The notes: generated from the sequence alone by a model not told the origin. A stretch of 64,000 nt of DNA from Chamaesiphon sp. (GCA_965246715.1 CBDFFH010000002.1:64001-128000), one strand, 5' to 3'; counted from the first letter of the stretch, positions 10,987 through 22,274 are shown. Made by a program: numbers and translations.

Positions 10987-11037
10987 ATTAAATAAGAAAG
11001 GAGGGATGTATATCCCTCTTGTTCTAAGCTCGTGCTC

Positions 11038-13596
11038 CTAAGCCCACTGAATCAAGCCTAACTCATAGGGATTGCTCAGATGTGGGTGGTACGGTAAGAC
11101 TCGTAGTGACAAGCCTTGGAGACCGCTGGCGGAGTAGGCTACCTCGCTCGTGTAGAGGCTATTACCAGCACCATCTTTACCTTGGTAGGTCATCACCGTT
11201 GTGTCGGCATCGGTGATTTTGCCATCTGTATCGACAGCACCTTTATATAATTCGACCCGGACATCAGTGGGTTCGAGGCTGCCGAGCCGAATCAGACTCT
11301 TAACTGCGATCGATTGATTGACGCTGATATCTTCTGGTGCGGAGACATCGACGGTATTAATCTTGAGATCGCTCCAATGCTCGAACATTTTCACTTTCCA
11401 GTGAGCGAGTTCTTTACCTGCTTGGTAGCTATCTTCAGTGACGACGCGATTGCGATCGCTAGCTGGGAAATATCCTTTGTTAGCGTAGTCTCGGAGCATC
11501 CGCGCCGTGTTGAAGGTCGGACAATTGAGCCGGATGGCATCTTTCATCTTCGCGATCCATTTGTGCGGTAAGCCTTCTTTATCGCGATCGTAGAAGAGGG
11601 GGACGATTTCCTGTTCCAAGAGGTCGTAGAAGGAATTTGCTTCGACTTCATCTTGATACTCTTCATCAGAGTAGAGTTCGCCATGACCGATCGGCCAACC
11701 AGTGCGGACGTAATCAGCTTCATCCCACCAACCATCGAGAATACTCAGGTTGGGCAAACCATTCATCGCCGCTTTCATGCCGCTGGTACCAGAGGCTTCA
11801 TGTGGACGGCGCGGGGTATTGAGCCAGATATCACAACCAGCTACCATCACCCGCGAGACGTAGATATCGTAGTCGGGTACAAACACGACCGAATTCATCC
11901 CTTCAGTGCGGGTAAAGTGAACGATATCGCGAATCAGGGCTTTGCCTGGGATATCTTTGGGATGCGCTTTTCCGGCGATCACAAATTGAACTTTGCGTTC
12001 TTTGTTACCAACGAGGATTTTTTTAATCCGATCGAGATTCCGCAGGAATAAGGTCGCCCGTTTATAAGTAGCAAACCGTCGCGCAAAACCGATCGTCAGG
12101 ACACTGGGATCTAATGCTTGGTGAGCGCGATTTGTTTCCGCTAGAGTAGCCCCACGTTCTTTGAGATGGCTGACAATGCGTTCGCGGACGTAGACGACCA
12201 TTTCCGAGCGACTGTGCTCGTGATTGCGCCATAATTCCTCATCGGGAATCGCGTCGATTTTATTCCAGATCGGGTCTTCGATCGATTTCTCTGACCATTC
12301 TGGCCCTAAATAGCGATCGTACAGTTCTTGAACGGATTTGGCGACGCAACTGCGCGCGTGAACGCCATTGGTGATCGACGTGATCGGCACTTCATCGATC
12401 GGGACATCTTTCCACATGTTCTGGAACATTTCCCGCGAAACGACTCCATGCAATTTCGCCACACCATTGACGAAACTAGAAGTTTTCATCGCTAGCGCTG
12501 CCATACTAAATGGCGACGTTAGATCGCCAGTATTTTCCCGTCCCAAACCCATAAACTCATCTTTACCCAGTCCGTAGACATCGGCATAGTGACCGACATA
12601 GTAAATGGTTTTGTCTGGCGGGAATAGATCGAATCCCGCACTGACAGGGGTATGCGTGGTGAAAATCTGGGTGGATTGAGCGATCTGTTTGGCTTCGACA
12701 AATGAGAGCTTATCGCGCTGCATCAGCACCTTGATGTGTTCGAGAATCAAGAAGCCCGAGTGTCCTTCATTCATATGATAGACGCTAGGCTTGTGACCCA
12801 AAGCCTCAAGCGCACGGAAGCCACCGATCCCCAACATGATTTCTTGGTGGATGCGGGTATCTAAGTCACCGCCATAAAGTGCATCGGTAATATCTTGGTC
12901 GTATGCGCTATTTGGCTCAATATTTGTATCGAGTAGATATAGTGGCACTACACCAACTTGAACGCGCCAGACACGAGCGTATACCATCCGTCCGGGATAT
13001 TCCACCGCGATCCGGAGTTCGGATCCGTCAGCTTTGCGTTCTAGTTGAACGGGAATATTGTGAAAGTCGTTAATTGGATAGCGTTCTTGTTGCCAACCAT
13101 CGGCATTTAAGTACTGGGCAAAATAGCCCTTCTGATATAGCAACCCCACTGCCACTAAGGGTAAGCCCAGATCGCTGGCAGATTTAAGATGATCTCCGGC
13201 CAATACACCTAAACCGCCAGAATAAATCGGCAGACAGTCTACCAAGCCAAATTCAGCACAGAAATAAGCGAAGCATTCTTTCCCAACATTGCCAGCGCGC
13301 TGGTGCTTGTACCAACTGCGATCGTGCAAATAGGCATTGAGTTCGCCTGTCGCCCGCTCCATGTGAGCCAAGAATCCATCATCGGCAGCGACTTCTTGCA
13401 AGCGCGCCTGACTCACTCTCGCTAGCATTGCGACTGGATTATGACGGGTAGCTTCCCATAAATCCCGATCGAGTCTTTTAAATAGCTCCTTGATCTCCGT
13501 ATTCCAATCCCAATACAGGTTGTAGGCAAGTAGCCGTAGCGGTTCGAGGGAGGCTGGTATGGAAGGAGAAACATTGAATGTACGAATCGGCTGCAT
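11038..13596 (-). CDS. glgP: Alpha-glucan (glycogen) phosphorylase
   Basis: YSGGLGVLAGDHLKSASD, HMNEGH, GFARRFATYKR, PLP motif EASGTSGMK. Confidence 0.96.
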   Translation of the reverse strand: MQPIRTFNVSPSIPASLEPLRLLAYNLYWDWNTEIKELFKRLDRDLWEATRHNPVAMLARVSQARLQEVAADDGFLAHMERATGELNAYLHDRSWYKHQRAGNVGKECFAYFCAEFGLVDCLPIYSGGLGVLAGDHLKSASDLGLPLVAVGLLYQKGYFAQYLNADGWQQERYPINDFHNIPVQLERKADGSELRIAVEYPGRMVYARVWRVQVGVVPLYLLDTNIEPNSAYDQDITDALYGGDLDTRIHQEIMLGIGGFRALEALGHKPSVYHMNEGHSGFLILEHIKVLMQRDKLSFVEAKQIAQSTQIFTTHTPVSAGFDLFPPDKTIYYVGHYADVYGLGKDEFMGLGRENTGDLTSPFSMAALAMKTSSFVNGVAKLHGVVSREMFQNMWKDVPIDEVPITSITNGVHARSCVAKSVQELYDRYLGPEWSEKSIEDPIWNKIDAIPDEELWRNHEHSRSEMVVYVRERIVSHLKERGATLAETNRAHQALDPSVLTIGFARRFATYKRATLFLRNLDRIKKILVGNKERKVQFVIAGKAHPKDIPGKALIRDIVHFTRTEGMNSVVFVPDYDIYVSRVMVAGCDIWLNTPRRPHEASGTSGMKAAMNGLPNLSILDGWWDEADYVRTGWPIGHGELYSDEEYQDEVEANSFYDLLEQEIVPLFYDRDKEGLPHKWIAKMKDAIRLNCPTFNTARMLRDYANKGYFPASDRNRVVTEDSYQAGKELAHWKVKMFEHWSDLKINTVDVSAPEDISVNQSIAVKSLIRLGSLEPTDVRVELYKGAVDTDGKITDADTTVMTYQGKDGAGNSLYTSEVAYSASGLQGLSLRVLPYHPHLSNPYELGLIQWA

Positions 13597-14030
13597 CAAT
13601 AAACTTCCTCGGCAATTAATTCCTCAATCTCTCATTGTGACCTACCTCGGTCGATCGGCACAATTTTCTCCACAATATCTTTACAAGTTCGGGTCGATCT
13701 GCAAATTAGAACACATTTAAGCTTGAGGGCTAGTGTGGATCGTCTGAAAGTGGCAGATCGACCGTCTCGCGATCGCGGATCTATTTTCCAAGTTTAGCCA
13801 ATGACTAGTAATTCTCGCTGTCTAAATGGGTACAAATAAGACAACCTCATCTTAGCTGGCTGTTGAAGCTCGTGCTACCTTCCGCAACACAGAGGCGATG
13901 CCAACGACGTTCGCGATTTATGGATGCAAAGTCAAGCCAATATGCTGAGCCAAAATTTAGTGTTTGTTCGAGCGAACAGATTAAAATGATCGATATAACC
14001 AGACAGAAATCTTCTCACACATCACACTGT

Positions 14031-14513
14031 ATGAAAATCAGCCAATATTTGTCTGTCATCATTGTTGGCAGTGCGATCTGGAGCTGTTTATCTGTTAAAT
14101 CTTCAGCCCAAGGATTCAATCTCAAGTTACCTGGAATGAGTCCGAGTCCAGTAACATCAACACAACAAAAAACTACCATCGCTCAAGCCGATCGAGATGG
14201 TACTGGAAATTCCAATCCTAATAAAGACCTTAGATTGCGCGAAATCGGCATTACCCGCGATAGCTCAGACAAATCGCTGCTAGTGGTAAAAGGCTCGATC
14301 GACAATCGGAGCGATCGCCCGCATTATGTCTACTACATCGTAGCCAAATTTATCTCCAAAGATTCATCGATCAAACAAGCGATCATCCCAGTCAATAGCA
14401 AGATCGAACCAGGCGAATCAGCACAGTTCAACCATGAAATCTCCACAGAGAGTATCAACTCGCTTGCTCCTGAGACAGTCAAACCTGTGGTGGTGAAGTA
14501 CGAGTATCGCTAG
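14031..14513 (+). CDS. Secreted protein with FxLYD-like Ig-fold domain
   Basis: Signal peptide from ATG 14031; VKGSIDN...V..KF...IEPGESAQF pattern. Confidence 0.6.
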   Translation: MKISQYLSVIIVGSAIWSCLSVKSSAQGFNLKLPGMSPSPVTSTQQKTTIAQADRDGTGNSNPNKDLRLREIGITRDSSDKSLLVVKGSIDNRSDRPHYVYYIVAKFISKDSSIKQAIIPVNSKIEPGESAQFNHEISTESINSLAPETVKPVVVKYEYR

Positions 14514-14620
14514 GGATTAGGGGATAGGGGATAGGCTTTAGTAGTCAATAACAACCACAAGATTAATTTTCTCAGACGAGTGTTCTTGTCTAATTCCTAG
14601 TCCCTAATCCTTACGCCCTA
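14513..14620. repeat. Inverted heptamer (STRR-like) repeats between convergent genes
   Basis: TAGGGAT/TAGGGGA units at 14511-14535 and complementary CCTAGTC/CCTAATC units at about 14597-14623. Confidence 0.55.
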
Positions 14621-14625
14621 ATCAG

Positions 14626-15063
14626 CTAATAACCTAGCGCTTTAAGAATGTCACTGGCATGAGTGTCGGTTTTGACGCTTGTATCGATGTGGACGATGTT
14701 ACCCGTTTCATCGATCGCATAAGTTACGCGCTTGGCATAGCCACCACCATCGACATCATAAGCCGCAATGATATCACCGTTAGTATCGGCTAATAGGGGA
14801 AAGGGGAGATTAAATTTCTCAGTAAATGCTTGGTGAGATGACTCATCATCTTTGCTCACACCCAGAATGACAATCCCCTTGTCTTGATACATGGAATAGT
14901 TGTCCCGAAAGCTACAAGCTTGCTTGGTACAACCAGGAGTATCATCTTTGGGGTAAAAGTACATCACGACTTTTTTACCTGCCAACCCAGACAGCGTGAC
15001 AGTATTGCCAGCGGTATCTTTAACGCTAAAATCCGGAGCTTTGGTGCCGACAGCTAGAGCCAT
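14626..15063 (-). CDS. bcp: Peroxiredoxin, BCP/PrxQ family
   Basis: YFYPKDDTPGCTKQACSFRD. Confidence 0.93.
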   Translation of the reverse strand: MALAVGTKAPDFSVKDTAGNTVTLSGLAGKKVVMYFYPKDDTPGCTKQACSFRDNYSMYQDKGIVILGVSKDDESSHQAFTEKFNLPFPLLADTNGDIIAAYDVDGGGYAKRVTYAIDETGNIVHIDTSVKTDTHASDILKALGY

Positions 15064-15363
15064 GAGATAATTTCCCTGTAAAAGTTTACGATCGATCCTA
15101 TCGTTTACCTTAGAGCATTTCGATCGATTTTAACAGCTCGATCGGGATGGATATGCGGATTGTAGCGATCTTTACTGGCGATCGACACCTGCTACAGGTT
15201 AATCGTCCGCGCCGTGCACACAGAATATCGATAGTGTAACTGCGATTGCGATCGCCAGCTACAATCCACAACAGTTACACTTTCTGTATTATTCGTTAAG
15301 AATACTTATCTTTGTCGACTAGATGGGCATAATCGAATGTAAGCATATCTATTAGCTATCAGG

Positions 15364-16263
15364 ATGCCGCCACAAATGAAATTGACATCTTTGGGAACGA
15401 TCGCTATCGCATTAAGTGGGATTATAGCTGCTGGGGGGACGATCGATCGCGCCAACGCGACAACAATTACGCTCTATGATGGTGCCGCAAACACTACACC
15501 CGATAATTTTTCACCGCAATATCTAAATTTTTTTAGTACTGGTGGCACCCAAACTCCTGGTGGCGGCGTAACTACATTAGATACGAGCGGTGCTGAATCA
15601 CTCCAAGCTGGTTATACCAATTACAACATTTTGGTTAATCCCCTGGTAAATCCGCCGACAGTGAGCTTGACTTCTTTTGTAAATCCGCTATTTCCAATAT
15701 TGGATAGTAATGCTGGATACACGCTCAGCTTCACCATCAACATTAACTCACAAACTAATAATGGCGTAAATGGAGCGAATCGGGCGGGGTTTAGCGCGAT
15801 CGTGTTGGATAATAATCGCAAAGGCATCGAGATCGGATTTAGAAATTCTGATATCTTCGCTCAAACCAGTGCTAATTTTAACTCCATTTCTCCGCTAGAG
15901 CAAAAAACAGCTAGTTTAAATTTACTCTCTAATTCAAACACTTACGATTTAACTGTATTAGGCAATAATTATTCATTAACTAATGCTGGCAATATTCTAT
16001 TTACTGGTTTGCTCAGAGATTATACTGCTGCTATAAATCCAACAAATCCGTTAACCAGTGTTTATGGAACTGCTAATTTTCTATTCTTGGGAGACGATAC
16101 AACTTCGGCTGGTGCCAGTGTGAACATCCAGAAGATCGCGCTCACAACGAATACTCCCGTGCCAGAACCGAGCGGGTTAATTGGTTCGAGCCTAGCGATC
16201 GGATTTGTGGCGATGCTCAAGCGCAAATTGAATAGAGCTAGCAAGAAAGCTTCAGTCGAATAA
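15364..16263 (+). CDS. PEP-CTERM sorting-domain surface protein
   Basis: Signal peptide, N/T-rich body, VPEPS + TM helix + KRK tail. Confidence 0.88.
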   Translation: MPPQMKLTSLGTIAIALSGIIAAGGTIDRANATTITLYDGAANTTPDNFSPQYLNFFSTGGTQTPGGGVTTLDTSGAESLQAGYTNYNILVNPLVNPPTVSLTSFVNPLFPILDSNAGYTLSFTININSQTNNGVNGANRAGFSAIVLDNNRKGIEIGFRNSDIFAQTSANFNSISPLEQKTASLNLLSNSNTYDLTVLGNNYSLTNAGNILFTGLLRDYTAAINPTNPLTSVYGTANFLFLGDDTTSAGASVNIQKIALTTNTPVPEPSGLIGSSLAIGFVAMLKRKLNRASKKASVE

Positions 16264-16350
16264 AAGGAATATTGCCATGCTACTTAAAAGAAAACGATCG
16301 GCATCATCGATCGTGTTCTTTTAAACAGGTTAGGTTGTATTGAGAAAATG

Positions 16351-16458
16351 TAAGTAGCTAGGCGCAAATATTTATTAGATAGAAACTGCGTAAAACCTAG
16401 ATGGTGGGCAGTGCCCACCCTACGCAATATTTTATATTTAATTACGCCTAGCTACTTA
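16351..16458. repeat. Small TIR element with internal REP-like palindrome
   Basis: TAAGTAGCTAGGCG...CGCCTAGCTACTTA perfect 14-bp TIR; internal GGTGGGCAGTGCCCACCCTAC. Confidence 0.75.
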
Positions 16459-16569
16459 GCTGTTGCTACGATTAATTTAGTCGATCGATAATCACCGCAC
16501 GGCTGAATTAGTAAAAATTCCGAATAAATGTTATATTTATTAGCTGTAAACAATCGCTATTAGCTAAAT

Positions 16570-17304
16570 TTGTCCTCTGCTTATTTATTAGTCTCACACG
16601 GGAGTCGCGATCCGCGCCCTCAAGTTGCTGTCGATCGATTGGCACAGCAATTAAGCCTCTATCTGCAACAGTTTTCACCAGTAGCTGCGCCAGTTATCGT
16701 GGCGACGGCACAATTAGAATTAGCTGACAAACCCTTACACCGTCAGATCCAAGATTTTGCCGGTAACTGGATGGCGCAGGGGGTCGATCGAATCGTCCTG
16801 TTACCACTATTTCTGCTTCCTGGCGTTCATGTTATGGACGATATTCCCGCAGAAGTCGCTATTGCCGAGCGAGAGCTGAACGAGCGGCTAAAATTAACTG
16901 TGGCACCCTTTCTGGGTTCTGCGCCGAATCTCGTCGATTTGTTCGCACAGAACCGTTCCGATCTGCCCAAATCGACTACAATTTTAGCTCACGGTAGTCG
17001 GCGAGCGGCTGGTAATACCACGGTCGAGCGACTAGCGACTAGTTTAGATGTGGAAATAGCTTATTGGTCGATCGAGCCGAGCTTGACTGAGCGAGTAAAG
17101 GAATTAATCGATCGTGGTGTGACAGAAATCGGGATCTTACCTTATTTTTTATTTACAGGTGGCATTACCGATGCAATCGTCGAGTTGGTGACAAATTTAA
17201 GCCAGCAGTTTCCACGGATAAAATTAACTCTTCAAGAGCCAATCGGTAATAGTCCGAGATTAGTAAAGACGCTCTATGAAATATTAGTATCGATCGACAA
17301 TTAA
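16570..17304 (+). CDS. Sirohydrochlorin chelatase (CbiX/SirB family)
   Basis: LVSHGSRDP, PLFLLPGVHVMDDIP, second domain AHGSRR; adjacent to cobA. Confidence 0.88.
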   Translation: MSSAYLLVSHGSRDPRPQVAVDRLAQQLSLYLQQFSPVAAPVIVATAQLELADKPLHRQIQDFAGNWMAQGVDRIVLLPLFLLPGVHVMDDIPAEVAIAERELNERLKLTVAPFLGSAPNLVDLFAQNRSDLPKSTTILAHGSRRAAGNTTVERLATSLDVEIAYWSIEPSLTERVKELIDRGVTEIGILPYFLFTGGITDAIVELVTNLSQQFPRIKLTLQEPIGNSPRLVKTLYEILVSIDN

Positions 17305-17400
17305 TTATTTATCAATACTGCGATTCTCTTCTGCTATAGACAGAACAGGCAATCTAAAATCCGCTTTCGATGCGCTTTCCGACGACGGAAAAAGTGCATC

Positions 17401-17430
17401 GCCAAATCCAAAATCCAAAATCCAAAATCG
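17401..17430. repeat. STRR-like heptamer tandem repeat (CCAAAAT)n
   Basis: ccaaatccaaaatccaaaatccaaaatc; a similar tract lies at 50333-50364. Confidence 0.7.
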
Positions 17431-17431
17431 A

Positions 17432-18229
17432 ATGACAGAGATAATTGGTAAAGTCTATTTAGTCGGTGCAGGGCCTGGAGATCCAGGCTTATTGACGATC
17501 AAGGGTAAAGTCTTATTAGAGTCAGCTGATGTAGTGATCTATGATGCTTTAGTCAGTCCAGAAATTATTGCGATAATCTCCCCGCATGCCGAGAAAATCG
17601 ATGCAGGTAAGCGGATGGGACGGCACTCATTGTTGCAGAATCAAACCACCGAATTATTAATTGAAAAAGCCCACGAACATGCTGTTGTCGTGCGGCTCAA
17701 AGGTGGAGATCCATTTATCTTTGGGCGTGGTGGTGAAGAAATGGAAGATCTGATCGCCGCAGGTGTATCGGTTGAAGTGGTGCCTGGTGTCACCTCGGGC
17801 ATTGCTGCGCCAGCCTACGCTGGCATCCCGCTGACCCATCGGAATTATAGTTCTTCGGTAACTTTCGTAACCGGGCACGAAATGGCTGGTAAGTACCGTC
17901 CTGGGGTCAATTGGCGCGCGATCGCACACAGCGCTGAAACTCTGGTAGTTTACATGGGCGTTCATAATCTCGATCGGATTACTAACGAGCTGATCGCAGC
18001 GGGACTGGATCCCGATACCCCAATCGCCCTCGTGCGCTGGGGTACGACACCCCAACAACAAGAATTAATCGCTACCTTAGCAACGATCGTCGCCCAAATC
18101 GAGAGCCATCAATTTGCAGCACCCGCGATCGCGGTTATTGGTAATGTAGTGAAGCTGCACGATCGACTCGGACGCCTAAACAATCCTCAAGAAATCGCCG
18201 CGCAATTAGCAGACTTGTCGCGAGGCTAG
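17432..18229 (+). CDS. cobA: Uroporphyrinogen-III C-methyltransferase
   Basis: [45 protein letters not shown]. Confidence 0.95.
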   Translation: MTEIIGKVYLVGAGPGDPGLLTIKGKVLLESADVVIYDALVSPEIIAIISPHAEKIDAGKRMGRHSLLQNQTTELLIEKAHEHAVVVRLKGGDPFIFGRGGEEMEDLIAAGVSVEVVPGVTSGIAAPAYAGIPLTHRNYSSSVTFVTGHEMAGKYRPGVNWRAIAHSAETLVVYMGVHNLDRITNELIAAGLDPDTPIALVRWGTTPQQQELIATLATIVAQIESHQFAAPAIAVIGNVVKLHDRLGRLNNPQEIAAQLADLSRG

Positions 18230-18418
18230 TTTTTCAAAATGCGCTTGAGTCTGATGTAAAAATATTTCGCGACTGTCCACTGCATTAGTTAGTGTCGGAA
18301 CTAAATTGCGAGCTTGAAGTGCCATATGCATTTGGAGGTGGGCTACATAGTCACTCATTTCTTCACCTGCTGCTAGGTGTGAATCTAGGGCAGTCTGGGC
18401 GAAATTGTTCTCCATCAC
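18206..18418 (-). CDS. Small hypothetical protein
   Basis: 70-aa ORF with a protein-like helical sequence (SDYVAHLQMHMALQARNLVP); overlaps the cobA 3' end by 24 bp. Confidence 0.6.
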   Translation of the reverse strand: MMENNFAQTALDSHLAAGEEMSDYVAHLQMHMALQARNLVPTLTNAVDSREIFLHQTQAHFEKLASRQVC

Positions 18419-18636
18419 CGATTACTCTTACAAATTAAGATCTGATAACTTCTATATATCCCAAAAGTTATCATACCTTATCGATTCCCTTCAAACTTTG
18501 CAACGAAGTTTAACAAACCCAAGTTGCTAGCTAGAGCTGACAGGACGACCGATCGAGAACTATCGATCGCTCCTGACGGTACTCCCACTCTCCATTATGA
18601 TAGTGGTTGATACCACGAGCGCAATTTGAATTGAGT

Positions 18637-19599
18637 ATGAAATGGCTGAAACGGCATCTTGGTAATATTACAATTGTTGCCGTCGTCATTGTGGGGATTC
18701 GGTTCGGACAGGAATTGCAAGACTGGAGTAAGCTGCTCCAATACGAAGCACCGCCCCAAGTTGCCAAACTCGCTACGACTACGACAATGACCGATAGCGC
18801 CCGCCAGATATTCTATCTCAACCAACCCACGATCGAAAGTCGCAAGTCTGCGCTCAATCTCTGTAAAAGTACCGAACATACCGTAGTACTGGGCTGCTAT
18901 GTGCCGAACAAAGGCATCTTTCTCCAAGAAGTTTCCGATCCGCGATTACAAGGAGTAATGGAAGTTACTGCCGCGCATGAAATGCTTCATGCCGCCTATC
19001 AGCGGATGTCACTATTGGAGCAAACACAACTCAACAAACAATTACAATCGGCACTCCAGCAACTTCAAAATTCGCGGATCGTCCAATTGATCGAGACATA
19101 TCGGGCACAAGATCCCAACTCTGTCGATAATGAATTACACTCAATTTTAGGTACGGAAGTCCAAAATCTCAGTCCCGAACTAGAAGAGCATTACCGTAAA
19201 TATTTTACACAGCGATCGACGATCGTTGCTTTATCCGAGCGCTATGAAAGTGTATTTACCGCACTCCGCGAGAAAGCCAAACAGCTTGGCAAACAGTTAG
19301 TTTCCCGCAAATCGGCAATAGAACAGTTAGCCGCACAGGTAAAAAGTGAATCTGAAAACATCGAATCAGAACGATCGAGTCTCCAAGGTGCGATCTCTGC
19401 CAATACCCAAGTAGACTATAGTTTCCGCGTCACTAGTTTTAACAATCGAGTCCAAAGTTACAATCAACTAGTCGCTCGGCTCAAAGAGCAGACCGCTACC
19501 TACAATCAAATGGTCACCGAGCATAATTCACTCGCACTCGAAGAGAAATCATTAGTTGAGTCCCTGCAAAATAAAACATCGCAACAGATTGCGAGATAA
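18637..19599 (+). CDS. Membrane-anchored putative zinc metallopeptidase (HExxH) with C-terminal coiled coil
   Basis: N-terminal TM helix, VLGCY, TAAHEMLHAAY, NELHSILGTE, heptad-rich C-terminus; start at 18637 or 18607. Confidence 0.7.
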   Translation: MKWLKRHLGNITIVAVVIVGIRFGQELQDWSKLLQYEAPPQVAKLATTTTMTDSARQIFYLNQPTIESRKSALNLCKSTEHTVVLGCYVPNKGIFLQEVSDPRLQGVMEVTAAHEMLHAAYQRMSLLEQTQLNKQLQSALQQLQNSRIVQLIETYRAQDPNSVDNELHSILGTEVQNLSPELEEHYRKYFTQRSTIVALSERYESVFTALREKAKQLGKQLVSRKSAIEQLAAQVKSESENIESERSSLQGAISANTQVDYSFRVTSFNNRVQSYNQLVARLKEQTATYNQMVTEHNSLALEEKSLVESLQNKTSQQIAR

Positions 19600-19606
19600 T
19601 CTACTC

Positions 19607-20731
19607 ATGTTATTTTCGCAGGTAGAACAGTTGGATCGTCTAATTACCATCGCCCAAAAATTTGCCACACCCGGACAGGTAACAGCAGTTCGTGCCTTTG
19701 GGAGTGGCAATATCAATGATACATTTCTCGTCACTGTAGAAAACGGGACAGAATCTTGCTTTGTGCTGCAACGGATCAATACTCATGTGTTTGCGCAGCC
19801 AGCACTGGTAATGCAGAATATGTGCATCTTCACACAGCATATCAGCGACAAATTGCAATCTGCGCAGCCGGAACTCGATCGCCGTTGGGCGGTACCGCGA
19901 GTATTATTGACAGTAGACTTGCAAGACCATTGGGTCGAACCCGATCGGAGTTATTGGCGATCGATTAGTTTTATCGATGGCTCGGAATCGATCGATCTCA
20001 TCCAAGATATCGCACATGGACGCGAGGTGGGTTATGCACTTGGGAGATTTCATCATTTGATTAGCGATCTCGATCCCGATCGATTGGCGGATACGCTAGT
20101 AGGATTTCATATCACCCCACAATATCTCCAGCATTATCATCGGGTGCTGCCAACCTATTCGGGAGCGGTAGATCCACAAGTAGATTATTGCCTTAAATTC
20201 GTCGAGAACCGTCAGGAATGGGCACAAGTTCTCGAACAAGCCAAAGATGAGGGCAAGTTACCTTTACGTCCGATTCACGGCGATCCAAAGGTAAATAACG
20301 TAATGATCTGTACCACCACTCAGCAAGCAATCGGGATTATCGATCTCGATACTGTCAAGCCAGGGCTGGTACACTACGATATCGGCGACTGCTTGCGATC
20401 GGGTTGCAATCCCCTCGGTGAAGAGACTAAAGAGTGGGAAAGCGTGAGGTTTGACACTCACATGTGTCGAGCGATTTTAGAAGGCTATCTCTCTCAAGCC
20501 AGCGGCTTTCTGACAGATCGAGACTATGAGTATCTGTTCGATGGAATTCGCTTACTTGCCTTTGAATTAGGATTGCGGTTTTTTACCGACTATTTAGCTG
20601 GAAATGTCTATTTTAAAGTCACATATCCGACGCACAATCTCGATCGAGCGTTAGTCCAATTTAAACTCACTGAAAGCATCGAAGCCCAAGAATCAACAAT
20701 TAGAGCGATTATTGAGGAGTTGCGCGGATGA
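19607..20731 (+). CDS. APH-family phosphotransferase (N-acetylhexosamine 1-kinase-like)
   Basis: GSGNINDTF, VLQRIN, IHGDPKVNN, IIDLDTVKPG, GLRFFTDYL. Confidence 0.88.
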   Translation: MLFSQVEQLDRLITIAQKFATPGQVTAVRAFGSGNINDTFLVTVENGTESCFVLQRINTHVFAQPALVMQNMCIFTQHISDKLQSAQPELDRRWAVPRVLLTVDLQDHWVEPDRSYWRSISFIDGSESIDLIQDIAHGREVGYALGRFHHLISDLDPDRLADTLVGFHITPQYLQHYHRVLPTYSGAVDPQVDYCLKFVENRQEWAQVLEQAKDEGKLPLRPIHGDPKVNNVMICTTTQQAIGIIDLDTVKPGLVHYDIGDCLRSGCNPLGEETKEWESVRFDTHMCRAILEGYLSQASGFLTDRDYEYLFDGIRLLAFELGLRFFTDYLAGNVYFKVTYPTHNLDRALVQFKLTESIEAQESTIRAIIEELRG

Positions 20732-21285
20732 ATAGCTTTCTACTCAAACCTTTTCCCACGGCCAATTCCTTGCCAGCGATGCTCGTTCCGAGCGGCTTTG
20801 CCAACGAGATTAATGTGACGATCGATCGACAAGATGGGATGTTATCGATCGAGTATCGATTGAGTGGCGATCTAACCGCCTTAGAAATCGCACCACTAGC
20901 AGCAGTACCCACTCGCAAAGACAAACTCTGGGAAACTACATGTTTTGAATTCTTTTTGGGTATTCCTGGCGATCGAAATTATTGGGAATTTAATCTTTCG
21001 CCATCTGGCGATTGGAATATCTTTCATCTCGATGATTATCGTCAGGGGTTACGAGAAGAATTAGCATTTAGATCGTTGCCCTTGAAGATCGCTCGACAAC
21101 CCAATTTATTATCGCTAGGATTGGAATTAGATTTAAGTAAAATTGTTGCAGTGGAAAGATCGATCGAGGTTTCGATCGCCACAGTAATTAAACCTCGTCG
21201 TGGAGAGACTAGTTATTGGGCATCGACTCATTGCGGTGCAGTAGCAGATTTTCATCTACGGGATAGTTTTATGATTCGGAAATAA
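20728..21285 (+). CDS. DOMON-like domain protein
   Basis: LWETTCFEFF, YWEFNLSPSGDW, ADFH; ATGA overlap with the upstream kinase. Confidence 0.8.
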   Translation: MNSFLLKPFPTANSLPAMLVPSGFANEINVTIDRQDGMLSIEYRLSGDLTALEIAPLAAVPTRKDKLWETTCFEFFLGIPGDRNYWEFNLSPSGDWNIFHLDDYRQGLREELAFRSLPLKIARQPNLLSLGLELDLSKIVAVERSIEVSIATVIKPRRGETSYWASTHCGAVADFHLRDSFMIRK

Positions 21286-21530
21286 TTTAGAGACAAATTT
21301 CGATCGATAGTATACTGCTAAAAATTAGACCGCTTGTGTGAATAGGGGAACGCTGGAGATGTTTGTGAATTTAAGCGATGAAAATTGCTTCAGAGCATTC
21401 TATAATCATAATCAGGATTTCTTCACTAATTATATTTATTTGCCTTAGTATGCTCGATCTGGTGTCGATCGATCGTACTAAGTAATGAAAAGCCGATTTC
21501 CATTGCTTTCACAATTATATGAAAGCGGAG

Positions 21531-22274
21531 TCAAGTCAAAAATTGAAGTTCACTGTGAATTTGCGATCGTTCTAGATCGGACAAAGGCTCGCTCTCAAAC
21601 TCTACCTGAAAATGTTGTTGAGCGGCTTGAGTAAACGCATCAACAATTATTGGAATAGTTAACTGTAAAATTGCAGCAGGTGGCAACGATATAGATTCGT
21701 CAAATACTTGTCTAAATAACTCTCGATCGGGATTGAGTCGCATCGAACCATGTTGTAAAAGCGCACCAGATTTAATTAATTGGGCGCTACCGATGAGTTT
21801 ATACCCATCCTCACAAATTAGATCGGCACTAGTTGAGGTGCTAAAACAATTAGGGTTGTGAATATAACCTCTTCCGGCTGTGCCATATGCTAAATCTATG
21901 CCTAGAGATCGCCAGCCATCAATCAGAAATTGACAGATTTGTTGATATACTGCCGATCGGTTACCGACAAATCCCGAACCGATGAAGGCGTAAGTCAGAT
22001 CGCCTTGATGCAATACCCCGCGTCCGCCAGTCGGACGGGTGACGAGATCGACGGGACGATCTTGCCATGTGAGATTTTGCCAATGTGCTGGATAGTTACG
22101 TTGATGATAGCCTAGCGAAATCGTTGGCTTCGACCAAGTATAAAAGCGCAATGTCGGCCGAATTTTGCCGATCGCATGTTGTTCCAGCAGCCAACGATCG
22201 ATCGCCATTTGCATTTTCCCAGTAGCATTAATTACTGGAATCAATCGCCACGAAGTTATCGATCGATCTGTCAA
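21531..22274 (-). CDS. Lipoate-protein ligase A / octanoyltransferase LipM family
   Basis: LRFYTWSKPTISLG, RPTGGRGVLH, KLIGSAQ, LQHGS. Confidence 0.9.
   Translation of the reverse strand: MTDRSITSWRLIPVINATGKMQMAIDRWLLEQHAIGKIRPTLRFYTWSKPTISLGYHQRNYPAHWQNLTWQDRPVDLVTRPTGGRGVLHQGDLTYAFIGSGFVGNRSAVYQQICQFLIDGWRSLGIDLAYGTAGRGYIHNPNCFSTSTSADLICEDGYKLIGSAQLIKSGALLQHGSMRLNPDRELFRQVFDESISLPPAAILQLTIPIIVDAFTQAAQQHFQVEFESEPLSDLERSQIHSELQFLT

Noticed and set aside
13863..14030. N-terminal extension of the FxLYD-like ORF, or a c-di-GMP riboswitch around GATGCAAAG
   Set aside because: The signal peptide starts at ATG 14031, and I could not build the two-stem GEMM structure.
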